From: Nitrospirota bacterium
Lineage (GTDB): Bacteria > Nitrospirota > UBA9217
NCBI GenBank assembly: GCA_963663225.1
Contig: OY760142.1
Location: forward strand, 2,912,001-2,976,000
Reading direction: 5' to 3'
Length of the DNA: 64,000 nucleotides
Shown: positions 1-10,146 of the stretch, in pieces
How the letters are laid out: each line of letters starts with the position of its first letter
Position numbering within the stretch: position 1 is the stretch's first letter
Notes under the pieces: generated by a model
Seen by the model: the letters and a program-made list of their open reading frames with translations, nothing else
Told to the model about the DNA's origin: nothing
Database searches by the model: none
Position numbers and translations under genes: made by a program

Positions 1-857
1 TCAGCGCGCCGGCGTTCCGTGATATCGAAAAAAACGCAGTGCGTACTGATAAACTTACTGGATGCATCACTCTGAATACGCCCTTCGATATATACTTCAA
101 TAGGAGAGCCGTCTTTGCGCACCAGCTGCAATTGGGAATGAATTTCCCCGTTTTGCTTGAAGTCGGCAAATGTCTTCGCGAACCTGGGTTTCGTCTCGGG
201 AGGCCAGATTGTACTGAAACTCCGCCCTATCAGTTCCGGAGAATCATACTGAAGAAGCCGGCATAATCTGTCATTGACATACAGAAATTTGCCTTCTTCA
301 TCCAGTGATTGGTACGCAACCGGGGATTGGTCGAAAATGCTCCGGAATCTTGTTTCGCTCTCCAGAAGCGCTCGGTTTGCCACTTCCAGATCTGTGACTT
401 TTTTTTCGAGTTTGTGAAAAAGGATTTCATTGTATTGTCGGAAGAACTCCATCTCCGCACCCAACGGCTGCTTGATGACGGGATGAGGTGCATGCTCAGA
501 CAACACTTCTTTGATGACGGTTAGAATCACCTCCGTGTCTTGCGGTTTGACCAGAAACCTGTCGGCTCCCAGCTTGATTCCGAGTTCCGCGTCTTTTTCG
601 TCGGTATACGTCGCCGTATAAAATATAAATGGGATGCTGCTCAGCTGTTCGTCAGACCGCACCGCGCGGCAGAGTTGAAACCCGTCCATTTTCGGCATAA
701 GAATGTCTGAGATGACCAGACCGACTGTCGCCGTTTTTAAACAACCAAGCGCTTCCAGACCGTTTCCGGCTATAACGACTTCATAGCCATTTCCTTTCAG
801 CAGCGCTTCGAGCAGATAGATATTTTCAGCATTATCGTCAACGATCAGGATGTTCAT
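1..857 (-). CDS. Response regulator receiver plus PAS-domain signalling protein, C-terminus runs off the window
   Basis: Missing from the ORF track. ATG at 857 overlaps the upstream stop (ATGA) and reads MNILIVDDNAENIYLLEALLKGNGYEV...ISDILMPKMDGFQLC...YTATY; the frame appears open to the window edge. Confidence 0.85.
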   Translation of the reverse strand, partial: MNILIVDDNAENIYLLEALLKGNGYEVVIAGNGLEALGCLKTATVGLVISDILMPKMDGFQLCRAVRSDEQLSSIPFIFYTATYTDEKDAELGIKLGADRFLVKPQDTEVILTVIKEVLSEHAPHPVIKQPLGAEMEFFRQYNEILFHKLEKKVTDLEVANRALLESETRFRSIFDQSPVAYQSLDEEGKFLYVNDRLCRLLQYDSPELIGRSFSTIWPPETKPRFAKTFADFKQNGEIHSQLQLVRKDGSPIEVYIEGRIQSDASSKFISTHCVFFDITERRRA

Positions 858-1234
858 TTCTCCCCCTCTTGTTTGTCAAGGAAAGCGGAAATTTCATCCA
901 TGATCGTTTCCGGATTAATCGGTTTTTCAATATACCCATTGCATCCGGCCGCAAGGAGCCTCTCCCGGTCCCCGGTCATGGCATAGGAAGTGATGGCTAT
1001 AATCGGTATGGCAGCGCAGCTGCGGGATTTCCGAATGCGTCTTGTCGTTTCTAGCCCGTCTATGCCGGGAAGTTGAATGTCCATAAGAATCAGGTCCGGC
1101 TGTTCTCGGAGGGCAAGTTCGACTCCTTCTTCCCCGGTTCTGGTCTGGATCGTCTGATGTCCCATTGTTTTGATAAGAAATGTGATCAAATACATGTTTT
1201 TTTCATTGTCTTCAACCACCAGGATTTTTTTCAC
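854..1234 (-). CDS. Single-domain response regulator (DivK/CheY-like)
   Basis: ILVVEDN, LILMDIQLPGIDG and EKPI receiver motifs. Confidence 0.9.
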   Translation of the reverse strand: MKKILVVEDNEKNMYLITFLIKTMGHQTIQTRTGEEGVELALREQPDLILMDIQLPGIDGLETTRRIRKSRSCAAIPIIAITSYAMTGDRERLLAAGCNGYIEKPINPETIMDEISAFLDKQEGEK

Positions 1235-3798
1235 CGTGTCTCCTTTTTTACAGCCGGCATGCTCATGATAAATTCACTTCCCTTGTTGATCTCGCTTGTG
1301 GCCAGAATATCGCCGCCGAGAAGTTTCATGAGTTTTTTTGAAATATACAATCCAAGTCCCGTTCCTTCATATTTCGGCATATCGGCGGACGTAATCTGGC
1401 TGAAAAACTGAAAAAGCCTGTTCATATCTTCAGCGCGTATGCCGCATCCGGTATCGCGCACGGCAATTATCACGGTATTTGGTGTTTCCTCCACGGTCAA
1501 ACGCACCTCTCCCCGGTCAGTAAATTTGACGGCATTTCCAGTCAGATTAATCAGCACTTGTCGGATGCGCTGTTTATCGCTCATGATTTCTAAAACATCC
1601 GGCCCCTTCACGACAAGGGAGATGTTTTTCCGCGCCGCTGCCGGCTGCAATGAAGACACTACGGTACGAACCAAGGGCATCAGATCAAATACGGACATGT
1701 TCATGTGAATCCTGCCGGCCTCGATTTTGCTCAAATCAATAATATCGGTAATCAATTCAAGAAGGTGGTTCGAGCTGCTTTTTACCATGCTCAATTGCTT
1801 GCGTTGTTCTTCGTTCAGGGGGCCGGCCAATCCCTGCAGCAGGATTCCGGTAAAACCGATGATTGAATTAAGCGGAGTGCGCAATTCGTGGCTCATGGAA
1901 GCGATAAAAAGCGATTTCAGACGGTCCAGCTCCTTTAATCTTGTGTTGGCCGATTCCAGGTCTTTTTTGGCTGTGGTCACTTCATCCAGAGAAAGACGCA
2001 GGGCTTCCTGCGAACGCTGGAGCTGATCGGTACGTTCCTGCACCATTTCTTCCAGATGAAGGCGATGTTTCTTCAGTTCTGCTTCGATCTTGTTTTTTTG
2101 AGTAATGTCTCGTATTATGGTCAGAAGACAAGGCTGGCCATCCAGCATTATGGTCTCACCGGAAACAAGTCCTTCGAGGACAAGAGATGATTTTGTCCGG
2201 AACCTGGCTTCCCGCTCGCGAACTCTTCCCTGTTCTTTTAATTCTGCAATGTAACGATTGCGCTCCTGAAGGTCAAGCCACAGACGCAGGTCCATTGCAG
2301 TATGGCCCATTGTTTCATCACGAGAGTATCCGGTAAGACGAAGAAATACTTCATTGACTTCAAGCAAAAGTCCGCTGTCTGCACGGCTTATAATTATGGC
2401 ATCGGGAGTCGCTTGAAAAGCCTTGAAGAACTTTTCTTCAGAACGGCGCAAAGCGTCCTCCGACCGTTTTCGTTCGGTAATGTCTGTAATGACTGCAACA
2501 CGGGCCGCTTGCCCCTCATATACGAGCTCATGCGACATGGCTACAATATCAATCAGCATTCCGTCTTTCTTGCGGTGGTGCCATTCACCGGCATAGGTAT
2601 GGCCGTTCATGGTGGAAACCAGATCTACAATTGGTTTTTTTTCTTCTTCCGGATAAAGATCGGGTAGGTACAAGCTAAGAGCCTCATTTTTTTGATAGCC
2701 GTAGTGGTTCATAAAAGCATCATTTACATCAAGCAACCTGAATGTGCTGCGGTCGTAGATCAGCATCGGTGCGGGATTCTGGAGAAACAAGTGTCGGTAA
2801 CGTTCTTCACTTGCCCGCAAGTCTTCTTCTGTCTTTCTGCGTTTTTGTTCTTCCGAAAGAATCACCCACGCTTTGGCACTGATCCAAGAGATGGTCACAA
2901 CGCCGACAAGAACTGCACAGAGAATCAACAACAGCCTGTTTCTGAAAGCGGTAAGAGAGGAGAGGACTTCATCTTCGGAAGATGTTACTACAATCGGCCA
3001 AAATGTATCGGCGATGTAAATAGGCATGTATATGGCATTCTTTTTTATTAAAGAACCGCTCCGGGACGCAATTTTATCGAATGTATAGGTTGCTGTCCCC
3101 TGGCGGCCCAGGAGCATGTTATTTACCATTAAGAGAAGTGAAGGAAAATCTTTGCAGGATTCGTAAACAGATTTTCCGGTAAATCCGGGAACCGGGCTGT
3201 ATAATGTTATTCCACTGCGGCTGATGACCCACGCATATCCTGTTTCACCTATCTTTATCACTTCTAGATATCGCTTCGCCAGATTCTCAAAGTTGATGAC
3301 GATGGCGATAGTACCTTTGAATTCAGCTCGTTTGAATACCGGAACGTGAAGAGCCACGGCGTCGAAACCCTGTATGGTTTTAAACACATCACTTATGACC
3401 GGCTTATGATCCTGGATAATTTTCCGGATATGTTCCTGGCCCGATATGTCAGTTCCTGCAGAAAGATCATAGGGAACGGTATACAGTATCCTGCCGTGCT
3501 CGTTCACCCGGGTGATAGACCGAATCTGATCATGATGCGCTTCGTAGAACAGAGACATATACTGTCTGCCTTTATCGTCGGCATTGATGACTGCATCTAT
3601 TTTTGATAACGAACTGAGAACGCCCGTCCAGGTCGTAAAAAAATCTTCGATTCCGCGCGCCGCCTGTTTCGCGTGTATCAGCTGCGTATTGTTCAGCTGC
3701 GCAATTGCTGTTTTTACCGCATTATTATAGATGAGTACAAAAAAAAGAGAGGAAGCTGCAGCGAAGACAAGCATGAGTATCAGGAGCGTCTTTCTCAA
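1231..3798 (-). CDS. Cache/PAS/PAS sensor histidine kinase
   Basis: Two TM helices flank a periplasmic Cache-like region, then two PAS domains, H-box SHELRTPLN, NAVKF, DTGCG and GTGLGL. Likely TTG start at 3798 after GAGGG (ORF track starts at 3882). Confidence 0.88.
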   Translation of the reverse strand: MRKTLLILMLVFAAASSLFFVLIYNNAVKTAIAQLNNTQLIHAKQAARGIEDFFTTWTGVLSSLSKIDAVINADDKGRQYMSLFYEAHHDQIRSITRVNEHGRILYTVPYDLSAGTDISGQEHIRKIIQDHKPVISDVFKTIQGFDAVALHVPVFKRAEFKGTIAIVINFENLAKRYLEVIKIGETGYAWVISRSGITLYSPVPGFTGKSVYESCKDFPSLLLMVNNMLLGRQGTATYTFDKIASRSGSLIKKNAIYMPIYIADTFWPIVVTSSEDEVLSSLTAFRNRLLLILCAVLVGVVTISWISAKAWVILSEEQKRRKTEEDLRASEERYRHLFLQNPAPMLIYDRSTFRLLDVNDAFMNHYGYQKNEALSLYLPDLYPEEEKKPIVDLVSTMNGHTYAGEWHHRKKDGMLIDIVAMSHELVYEGQAARVAVITDITERKRSEDALRRSEEKFFKAFQATPDAIIISRADSGLLLEVNEVFLRLTGYSRDETMGHTAMDLRLWLDLQERNRYIAELKEQGRVREREARFRTKSSLVLEGLVSGETIMLDGQPCLLTIIRDITQKNKIEAELKKHRLHLEEMVQERTDQLQRSQEALRLSLDEVTTAKKDLESANTRLKELDRLKSLFIASMSHELRTPLNSIIGFTGILLQGLAGPLNEEQRKQLSMVKSSSNHLLELITDIIDLSKIEAGRIHMNMSVFDLMPLVRTVVSSLQPAAARKNISLVVKGPDVLEIMSDKQRIRQVLINLTGNAVKFTDRGEVRLTVEETPNTVIIAVRDTGCGIRAEDMNRLFQFFSQITSADMPKYEGTGLGLYISKKLMKLLGGDILATSEINKGSEFIMSMPAVKKETR

Positions 3799-4203
3799 GA
3801 ACAATCCCTCACAACACCAATGCAAAAATGAATTGTCCCATAAAACGGGAGCCGATCTAAAATTTGAGATCAAACCAGTCACGAGAAACGAAAAAGCCGA
3901 TAAAAAGAAAAATCCTTTTACCGGCGTACAGTTTCTCGGCTATGTTGACAAATCCTGGCATCATGTATTAATCGCGATCCTTTCGGGCTTCTACTACCGC
4001 GCCGCGTCTTAATTTTCACCAGAACAAAAGTGTTCGTTTTTGTTTTACATTATAGTGAGGGATTTATGAGTGGCAAATGTATCACATCTTCACTGTCAAA
4101 GCAAGCAGTTTATGCAAGTATTCATAAATACGTTCATCGAAAGAAGGGAATAAATAAAAATATTCATTCTGAAGGGACATGCATTTAAGGTACCGGCTGA
4201 TTC

Positions 4204-5751
4204 TTATATTTTTAATTGTTGATTCTTTTTGGTAAAAAAAACAGCCAGGGCTTGGGCAAATGCGGGAGCAGTGTATTCATTCGGCACAATATCGACCAGC
4301 ATACCGTATTCTTCCGCTGTTCGCGCCGTGACAGGGCCGATACAGGCAATGACTACATTTTCCATAAGGGATGGATTTTCCTTATGATCGATCAGTTCCA
4401 TGAAATTGCGCACACTGGAGGAACTGGTGAATGTAACGGCGGTTATCTTTTTGTCAGCAAGAAGTTTCTTTATATTGCTTGTTTCAGCCGTAGGCTTCAT
4501 GTTTTCATATGCGGTAACGATCGTTACATCTGCACCTTGTTCTTTTAATTTCCGAGGAATCAGCTCGCGTGCTTCCTTTGCCCGAGGGAACAACACTTTT
4601 TTCCCCTTCATGGATTCTCTGCCGAACGCATCCACCAGCCCTTCTGCCCTGAAATCCGCAGGAATTAAATCCGCTTTAATGCCGTATCGTTCGAGGTTTT
4701 CCGCAGTACTGGGACCAATCGCGCAAATTTTGGCCTTCCGCAATGCACGGACATCTTTTCCAAGGTGTTTAAGTCGTTCCATGAAAAACGTCACTGTGTT
4801 CATACTGGTAAAAATAATCCAATCATACCAGCCAAGGCTGTTCAACGCGCTGTCCAGTTCTGACCAGTTGGCCGGTGGTACGATCTCAATAACGGGAAAG
4901 CTGACAACCGATGCGCCATATTCGATGAGTTTTCCGGAAAAAGTATCAGCATGGTCCTGTGACCGGGTAACAACAATAGTCGTGCCGAACAACGGCTTTG
5001 ATTCATACCAGTTCAGTTTTTGACGAAGCTTAACAACATCACCAACAACAATTATTGCCGGAGGACCAAGCTTTGCTTTTTTTACGGCGTCCGCGATATT
5101 GTTAAGCGTACCGTCCGCGACCCTTTGGTCCGGCCGGGTGCCCCATTGAATAGCGGCGACAGGTGTATCCGGGTTCATGCCGTTTGCAAGAAGATTGGAG
5201 GCAATAGCCGGAAGATTTTTCATGCCCATAAAAAAAACGATTGTCCCGGTGCTGGCCGCGAGCTTGGTCCAATCCACTTTTGATTCAGTTTTTTCAGGAT
5301 TCTCATGGCCGGTAACAAACGTCACCGTCGCATTATGGTTCCGGTGGGTAAGCGGGATGCCTGCGTAGGTGGGGACCGCCGTTGCTGCCGAAACCCCGGG
5401 AACAACCTCAAAAGGGATATGTGCATCGGCAAGCGCTTCCGCCTCTTCGCCTCCTCTGCCGAATATGAACGGATCACCGCCTTTTAATCGCGCTATGATT
5501 TTTCCCTCTTTGGCTTTGGCGACAATCAGGGCATTGATTTCATTCTGGGGAAGCGTATGCCTGCCGCTCTGCTTGCCCACATAAATGCGTTCCGCATCCG
5601 GACGTCCTTCTGCAAGAAGTTTTTCGTTTGCCAGATAATCATAAATAATGACATCTGCTTTTTGCACGCACTCCAGGCCCTTTACCGTGATCAATCCCGG
5701 ATCACCGGGCCCTGCACCGATTAAATATACTGTTCCGACGTGTTTTTTCAT
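4204..5751 (-). CDS. cobA: Uroporphyrinogen-III C-methyltransferase/synthase fusion (CobA-HemD)
   Basis: GAGPGDPGLIT and RLKGGDPFIFGRGGEE, followed by a HemD domain (VVTRS, IFTSMN, FTSSSSV, CIGPVT). Confidence 0.92.
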   Translation of the reverse strand: MKKHVGTVYLIGAGPGDPGLITVKGLECVQKADVIIYDYLANEKLLAEGRPDAERIYVGKQSGRHTLPQNEINALIVAKAKEGKIIARLKGGDPFIFGRGGEEAEALADAHIPFEVVPGVSAATAVPTYAGIPLTHRNHNATVTFVTGHENPEKTESKVDWTKLAASTGTIVFFMGMKNLPAIASNLLANGMNPDTPVAAIQWGTRPDQRVADGTLNNIADAVKKAKLGPPAIIVVGDVVKLRQKLNWYESKPLFGTTIVVTRSQDHADTFSGKLIEYGASVVSFPVIEIVPPANWSELDSALNSLGWYDWIIFTSMNTVTFFMERLKHLGKDVRALRKAKICAIGPSTAENLERYGIKADLIPADFRAEGLVDAFGRESMKGKKVLFPRAKEARELIPRKLKEQGADVTIVTAYENMKPTAETSNIKKLLADKKITAVTFTSSSSVRNFMELIDHKENPSLMENVVIACIGPVTARTAEEYGMLVDIVPNEYTAPAFAQALAVFFTKKNQQLKI

Positions 5752-5769
5752 AGCAAAAGAAGAACGTAT

Positions 5770-7452
5770 TTATTTCTTATCACGTGCAAACGGCCAGGAG
5801 AAAAGACCGCCTTCCAGCACGCGTACATTTTTGAACTTTTCGCCTTCCAGAATTCCTTCAGCTTCGTAACCACGGAGACTGATCTTGCAAAACGTTATTA
5901 TTGTATCATCTTTCTTAAGTTCATTGCAACGGTTCCTGAGTTCTCCCAGCGGTATATGCAGAATTTTTTTGCTGTCCGCCAGTCTGGCCTGTTTATATTC
6001 ATTCAACGTTCGGACATCCAGAAAAACCACTTTTTCGTCTTCCAGCAGCTTTTTTGCCTGAAGCGGAGATATTCCCTTGAACAAGCCGCTGAGTTTGTTC
6101 AACAGCACATTTGCTGCAACTGCAACATTATCTATCGGTGAATTATAAGGCGGAGCATACGACAGGTCAATATCGAACAAATCTTCTACAGTTCCTCCAA
6201 GCGTCAGGACGGATGCGATTACATCTATCCGTTTTGCAACATCGCCCTCTCCCACAACCTGGGCACCGAGAATTTTTCGTGTTTTTGCGTCGGCTATCAG
6301 CTTGATGGTAATTAATCGGGCATTCTCCATATAGTGGGGTCTGTCATGGCCTGCGGAGATCACGGATATATAATCAGAACCAAGCTCTTTTGCTTCGCGC
6401 TCGGTAATACCGGTTTTTCCGATATTTAAATCCAGAACCTTGACTATCACCGTATTCAAAACTCCCTTGAATTTCAGCTGGCCGCCGCACACGTTTTCGC
6501 CGATAATACGCCCCTGCTTGTTGGCAGTCGATCCCATAGGAGCAAATACTTTTTGGCCTGAAATGATATTGACATTTTCGACACAATCGCCGCCAGCAAA
6601 AATATTGGGATCGCTTGTTTGGAGGTTTTGGTTCACGGATATTGCTCCAGTCGTGCCTATCGATAATCCGGATGATTTCGCTAAATCCACGTTCGGCCGC
6701 ACTCCCACCGCCAAAATAACAAGGTCCGCAGGAATGGTCCTCTTATTCGTCTCGACAGCCGACACGGTTGAATCGCCGACAAATCGAACCACCTGTTCCT
6801 GCGTCAGAATACGAAGCCCGGCTTCACGCAGATAATTTTCAGCCATCCCCGCCAGTTCCGGATCGAGAAAAGCAGGGAAAATATTATCTTTCATTTCGAG
6901 CACGGTAACATTGTCCGTCCAGATTTTGAGCGCTTCCGCCATTTCCATGCCCACCAGACCGGCGCCGATTATCACCACATTATTGTATTTGCCCTTTTCC
7001 AGGTCCTGACGGATCAATTTTGCTTCATTCGGATGCCAAAAATTGAAAATATTCTGGAGATCGACATCGGGTAAAGGAGGTGTCACGGGAGAAGCGCCTG
7101 TCGCGATCACTAGCTTATCATACGGCAGAATGTCTTCGAGGCCGGTATCCAGCTTCTTGATTGAAACCGTTTTTGCCTTTCTGTCGATTCCCGTAGCAAG
7201 CGTACGGGTCAATACCGTCACGTTTTTTACCTCATGAAAATAAGCGGAGTCACGAAGTACGCCTGCCGGAGTTTTCATGAGTTCTTCGATGGAATTTACC
7301 TCTGCACTTACATAGTACGGCAGACCGCAGGCTCCATAGGATATTAGATTCCCCTTCTCCAGAACCGTGATTTCCGCATCAGGATCCGTACGCCTAGCCT
7401 TTGATGCAGCCTTTAATCCCGTAGCAACCCCGCCTATAATGACTATCTTCAT
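5770..7452 (-). CDS. CoA-disulfide/persulfide reductase with C-terminal rhodanese domain (Npsr-like)
   Basis: IGGVATG FAD motif, SYGACGLPY active Cys, GAGLVG, YAPPY, rhodanese LDVR...FCKISLRG...LEGG. Confidence 0.88.
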   Translation of the reverse strand: MKIVIIGGVATGLKAASKARRTDPDAEITVLEKGNLISYGACGLPYYVSAEVNSIEELMKTPAGVLRDSAYFHEVKNVTVLTRTLATGIDRKAKTVSIKKLDTGLEDILPYDKLVIATGASPVTPPLPDVDLQNIFNFWHPNEAKLIRQDLEKGKYNNVVIIGAGLVGMEMAEALKIWTDNVTVLEMKDNIFPAFLDPELAGMAENYLREAGLRILTQEQVVRFVGDSTVSAVETNKRTIPADLVILAVGVRPNVDLAKSSGLSIGTTGAISVNQNLQTSDPNIFAGGDCVENVNIISGQKVFAPMGSTANKQGRIIGENVCGGQLKFKGVLNTVIVKVLDLNIGKTGITEREAKELGSDYISVISAGHDRPHYMENARLITIKLIADAKTRKILGAQVVGEGDVAKRIDVIASVLTLGGTVEDLFDIDLSYAPPYNSPIDNVAVAANVLLNKLSGLFKGISPLQAKKLLEDEKVVFLDVRTLNEYKQARLADSKKILHIPLGELRNRCNELKKDDTIITFCKISLRGYEAEGILEGEKFKNVRVLEGGLFSWPFARDKK

Positions 7453-7501
7453 GTTGATTCTCCATTATGAGAATTTTTTTATAAAATATCCGATCGGACG
7501 C

Positions 7502-7537
7502 AAAAACAGCCCCGCTCATATCGGGCGGGGCTGAAAA
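7502..7537 (-). terminator. Intrinsic terminator after dsrK2
   Basis: Stem cagccccgc...gcggggctg followed by a T-run on the minus strand. Confidence 0.75.
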
Positions 7538-7576
7538 TTGCATCAATCATGAGCCGAACAAAGACCATACGGCATT

Positions 7577-9193
7577 TTAAAATTCATCTTCCCAGGTGAT
7601 AAATGGCTTGGGTATGTCGACCATGGCATTTACCATCAGTTCAACCAGTCCGCCGTAGATAATATTATATTTTTCTTTAAAACCGTAATAATCAATCAAT
7701 GCATCACGTGCCGCGCCTTTGCAGTTAGAACAGGGCGCGCAATAATACTTCGGGATCGAAGGATCAAGCACATCTTTAAATGCTTCCAGCACCTGCCGGG
7801 CTTTCATCCGGGACGATACGCTGTTGCGCCAATCGGGAAAGTTTTGAGAATTCATGATTGCAAAGCCGCTTCCTCCGCCGCAGCAGTAATTGCTCGTTCC
7901 TGCATGGGGCATTTCCCTGAACTGCCCCGGTGTTACAATCTTGTTCAAAATATTCCGCTGCGGAGAAATAATGCCCATCAAACGCACCATATTGCATGGA
8001 TCATGGAGCGTCACCGGAAAATTGTTTTTTGCGGGATCGAATTTAATGACACCGTTCATAACAAATTGTTCCAAAAGCGGCAGGCAGGCTTCCCGGGGAA
8101 TAGCCATATCTTTTACCAGGACACGATCGGCTATAGTGATCAGGGCCTTGGTGGAATGGCCGCATTCACCAACAATAATCTTTTTTACTCCGAGGTTCTT
8201 GGCAGCCTGGACCTGGGCTAGTGCAATGCGCGCGAACTGGACATCATCATACCAGACCCCATAGTTGACTGCCTCATATCCCATCATCTCACTCGACAGC
8301 GTCCAATTCAGCCCCGCTGCGTCAAAGAGGATGGCAAAAGCCGCCGGGTTCTCGGGCCAGGCCATGTATTCTCCTGCGTTATGAATAAGAAGTATGTCAG
8401 CCCCTTTTTTATCCACCGGTATGACAATGCGCCTTCCGATTTTCTCCTCGATCATGTCTTCGATGAATTCGATATTATCTTTGAAAGCAAGCGAAGTCAT
8501 GCCTGTTGACGATCCTGTTTTTATATGCTGAACAGTGCCGGATTTGTGGACCGGATCCGGTGCGATCCCCATTTCCTGGCTGAATATCTTGCGCAACTCC
8601 CGGGAGAGCAACGCGTTGTCTACCCCCATGGGACATACCGCCGCGCAACGGCGGCACAGGCTGCACCGATATACCAGTTCAGCAAGGCGATATACCACAC
8701 GCCAGTTGAGATCAAGATCGGCTCCTGCCCATTTGCGCAACAGTTTGCCGCTTTTCGTAAAATAGCGGCGTATAATGCGTCGCAGGACTTCTGGGCGGAA
8801 ATTGGGGCGGTAAATATCCTTGTGTCCGCTTTCCACATAAATGTGGCACGCCTCATTGCAGGTGTTGCATTGCATGCAGTATTCAGTACTCAGCGTTGTC
8901 GGCAGCAGAAAACTCCAGTTGTTTTCCTTTTGAAACAGCTTTTCAAGACCGCGCAAAAAACCGTTTACAATGGCTTCTTCCTCTTCTTTCGTCTTGGGAA
9001 TGGGAAGATTGAGCGCGGAAAAACCATCAAGTGAAAAGTCGATTTTTTCTTTTGTCTCGGGCTTTACGTCCCGGAAAGACGGCTGTTTTTCTTCACCAGG
9101 GAGCGGCCGCAAATCCTCAGGCTTCAAAGGAGATACCACAGAATCCGGAGCACCGAAATCTTTTATCTTTAGTTGATGTTTTTTATTTTTCAT
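7577..9193 (-). CDS. dsrK: DsrK-like Fe-S/CCG-domain oxidoreductase, second copy (538 aa)
   Basis: CMQCNTCNEAC and CSLCRRCAAVCP clusters; GECGH, HDPCN, CCGGGSG, PCSNC. Start MKNKK at 9193 with RBS AAGGAG. Confidence 0.8.
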   Translation of the reverse strand: MKNKKHQLKIKDFGAPDSVVSPLKPEDLRPLPGEEKQPSFRDVKPETKEKIDFSLDGFSALNLPIPKTKEEEEAIVNGFLRGLEKLFQKENNWSFLLPTTLSTEYCMQCNTCNEACHIYVESGHKDIYRPNFRPEVLRRIIRRYFTKSGKLLRKWAGADLDLNWRVVYRLAELVYRCSLCRRCAAVCPMGVDNALLSRELRKIFSQEMGIAPDPVHKSGTVQHIKTGSSTGMTSLAFKDNIEFIEDMIEEKIGRRIVIPVDKKGADILLIHNAGEYMAWPENPAAFAILFDAAGLNWTLSSEMMGYEAVNYGVWYDDVQFARIALAQVQAAKNLGVKKIIVGECGHSTKALITIADRVLVKDMAIPREACLPLLEQFVMNGVIKFDPAKNNFPVTLHDPCNMVRLMGIISPQRNILNKIVTPGQFREMPHAGTSNYCCGGGSGFAIMNSQNFPDWRNSVSSRMKARQVLEAFKDVLDPSIPKYYCAPCSNCKGAARDALIDYYGFKEKYNIIYGGLVELMVNAMVDIPKPFITWEDEF

Positions 9194-10127
9194 CTCGGTC
9201 TCCTTCCTTTGAAGATTCTCCGTCAACCTGTTCACCCCAGGATTTTCCCTGGCGGATATGCGGCGCGCCCCAGGTGATTTTGTATTGCAGATATGCCGCA
9301 ATATCGTTTTCCATTGCGCTGCCGCGTTTCATCATTTCATCATCCCACATGATATTATGGTAGAAGAAGTATTTTCCCACGAAATGCATCATTCTGCTGA
9401 ACGGCAGATACAAAAGAAACAGGCAAAAAGCCAGTACCTGCAGCACAATAAGCGGTTCTTGTACCATCCCCGGCCTGAGCATTATCAGCGTCGAGACATG
9501 GTGTTTGATGATTTGGAAAGAAGGATCAGCCAATCCCCATGCAAGCAGTGCAGTTCCGAACAGGGAAAACATGCAGAATAAATTGACAAAGCTGACGGTA
9601 TCCGATATGTAATGCATGTCTTCATCAAATATCCTGAGTCCAAGCAGAATCAGGCTGCCGCAGAAACCGGCGATAAAGCTTCCAGCACCCGTAATCAAGA
9701 TCGCATAGGAGACTGCAACCAACAAAGCCGAATCTGAATTTGGTGATGCAGGAATGCCCATCAAGTCAAGAATTGATCCCAGGATGAGAAGCAGAAACCA
9801 TAAAATTCCTAGATACAACCCCGCGTGCAGTGGAAACGTTCCAATCCAGACCTTGGGATTGTTGATGTATATTTTTTTCAAAAACAACATTTCCTGGCTC
9901 ATTTCCTTCATCTCATGAAGGAGTGAGACATGGGGCTGCAACGTGTAAAAATCAACTTTCTGATATTTAGACCCTTCAGGACTCTGGTGTGGTATCGGAT
10001 ACAGATCCCAACGTAAGTGCCGCGGCATGTTTAAATACTTGATAAATGTCAAAATCGTCATCACAAAAGCCAGTACTATAGCGCAGTAAACAAGCGGACC
10101 AATAATAAACCAGGCAAGAGAAAACAT
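9183..10127 (-). CDS. dsrM: DsrM-like NarI-family membrane subunit, second copy (314 aa)
   Basis: HLRWDLYPIPH, five TM helices, YLPFSRMMH; overlaps dsrK2. Start MFSLAW at 10127. Confidence 0.75.
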   Translation of the reverse strand: MFSLAWFIIGPLVYCAIVLAFVMTILTFIKYLNMPRHLRWDLYPIPHQSPEGSKYQKVDFYTLQPHVSLLHEMKEMSQEMLFLKKIYINNPKVWIGTFPLHAGLYLGILWFLLLILGSILDLMGIPASPNSDSALLVAVSYAILITGAGSFIAGFCGSLILLGLRIFDEDMHYISDTVSFVNLFCMFSLFGTALLAWGLADPSFQIIKHHVSTLIMLRPGMVQEPLIVLQVLAFCLFLLYLPFSRMMHFVGKYFFYHNIMWDDEMMKRGSAMENDIAAYLQYKITWGAPHIRQGKSWGEQVDGESSKEGDRDEK

Positions 10128-10146
10128 AGAGAGCCCCCCGAATGGC

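Noticed and set aside
5770-7452. DsrL
   Set aside because: It lacks the ferredoxin-type Cys clusters of DsrL and has the CoADR SYxxC motif plus a rhodanese domain instead.
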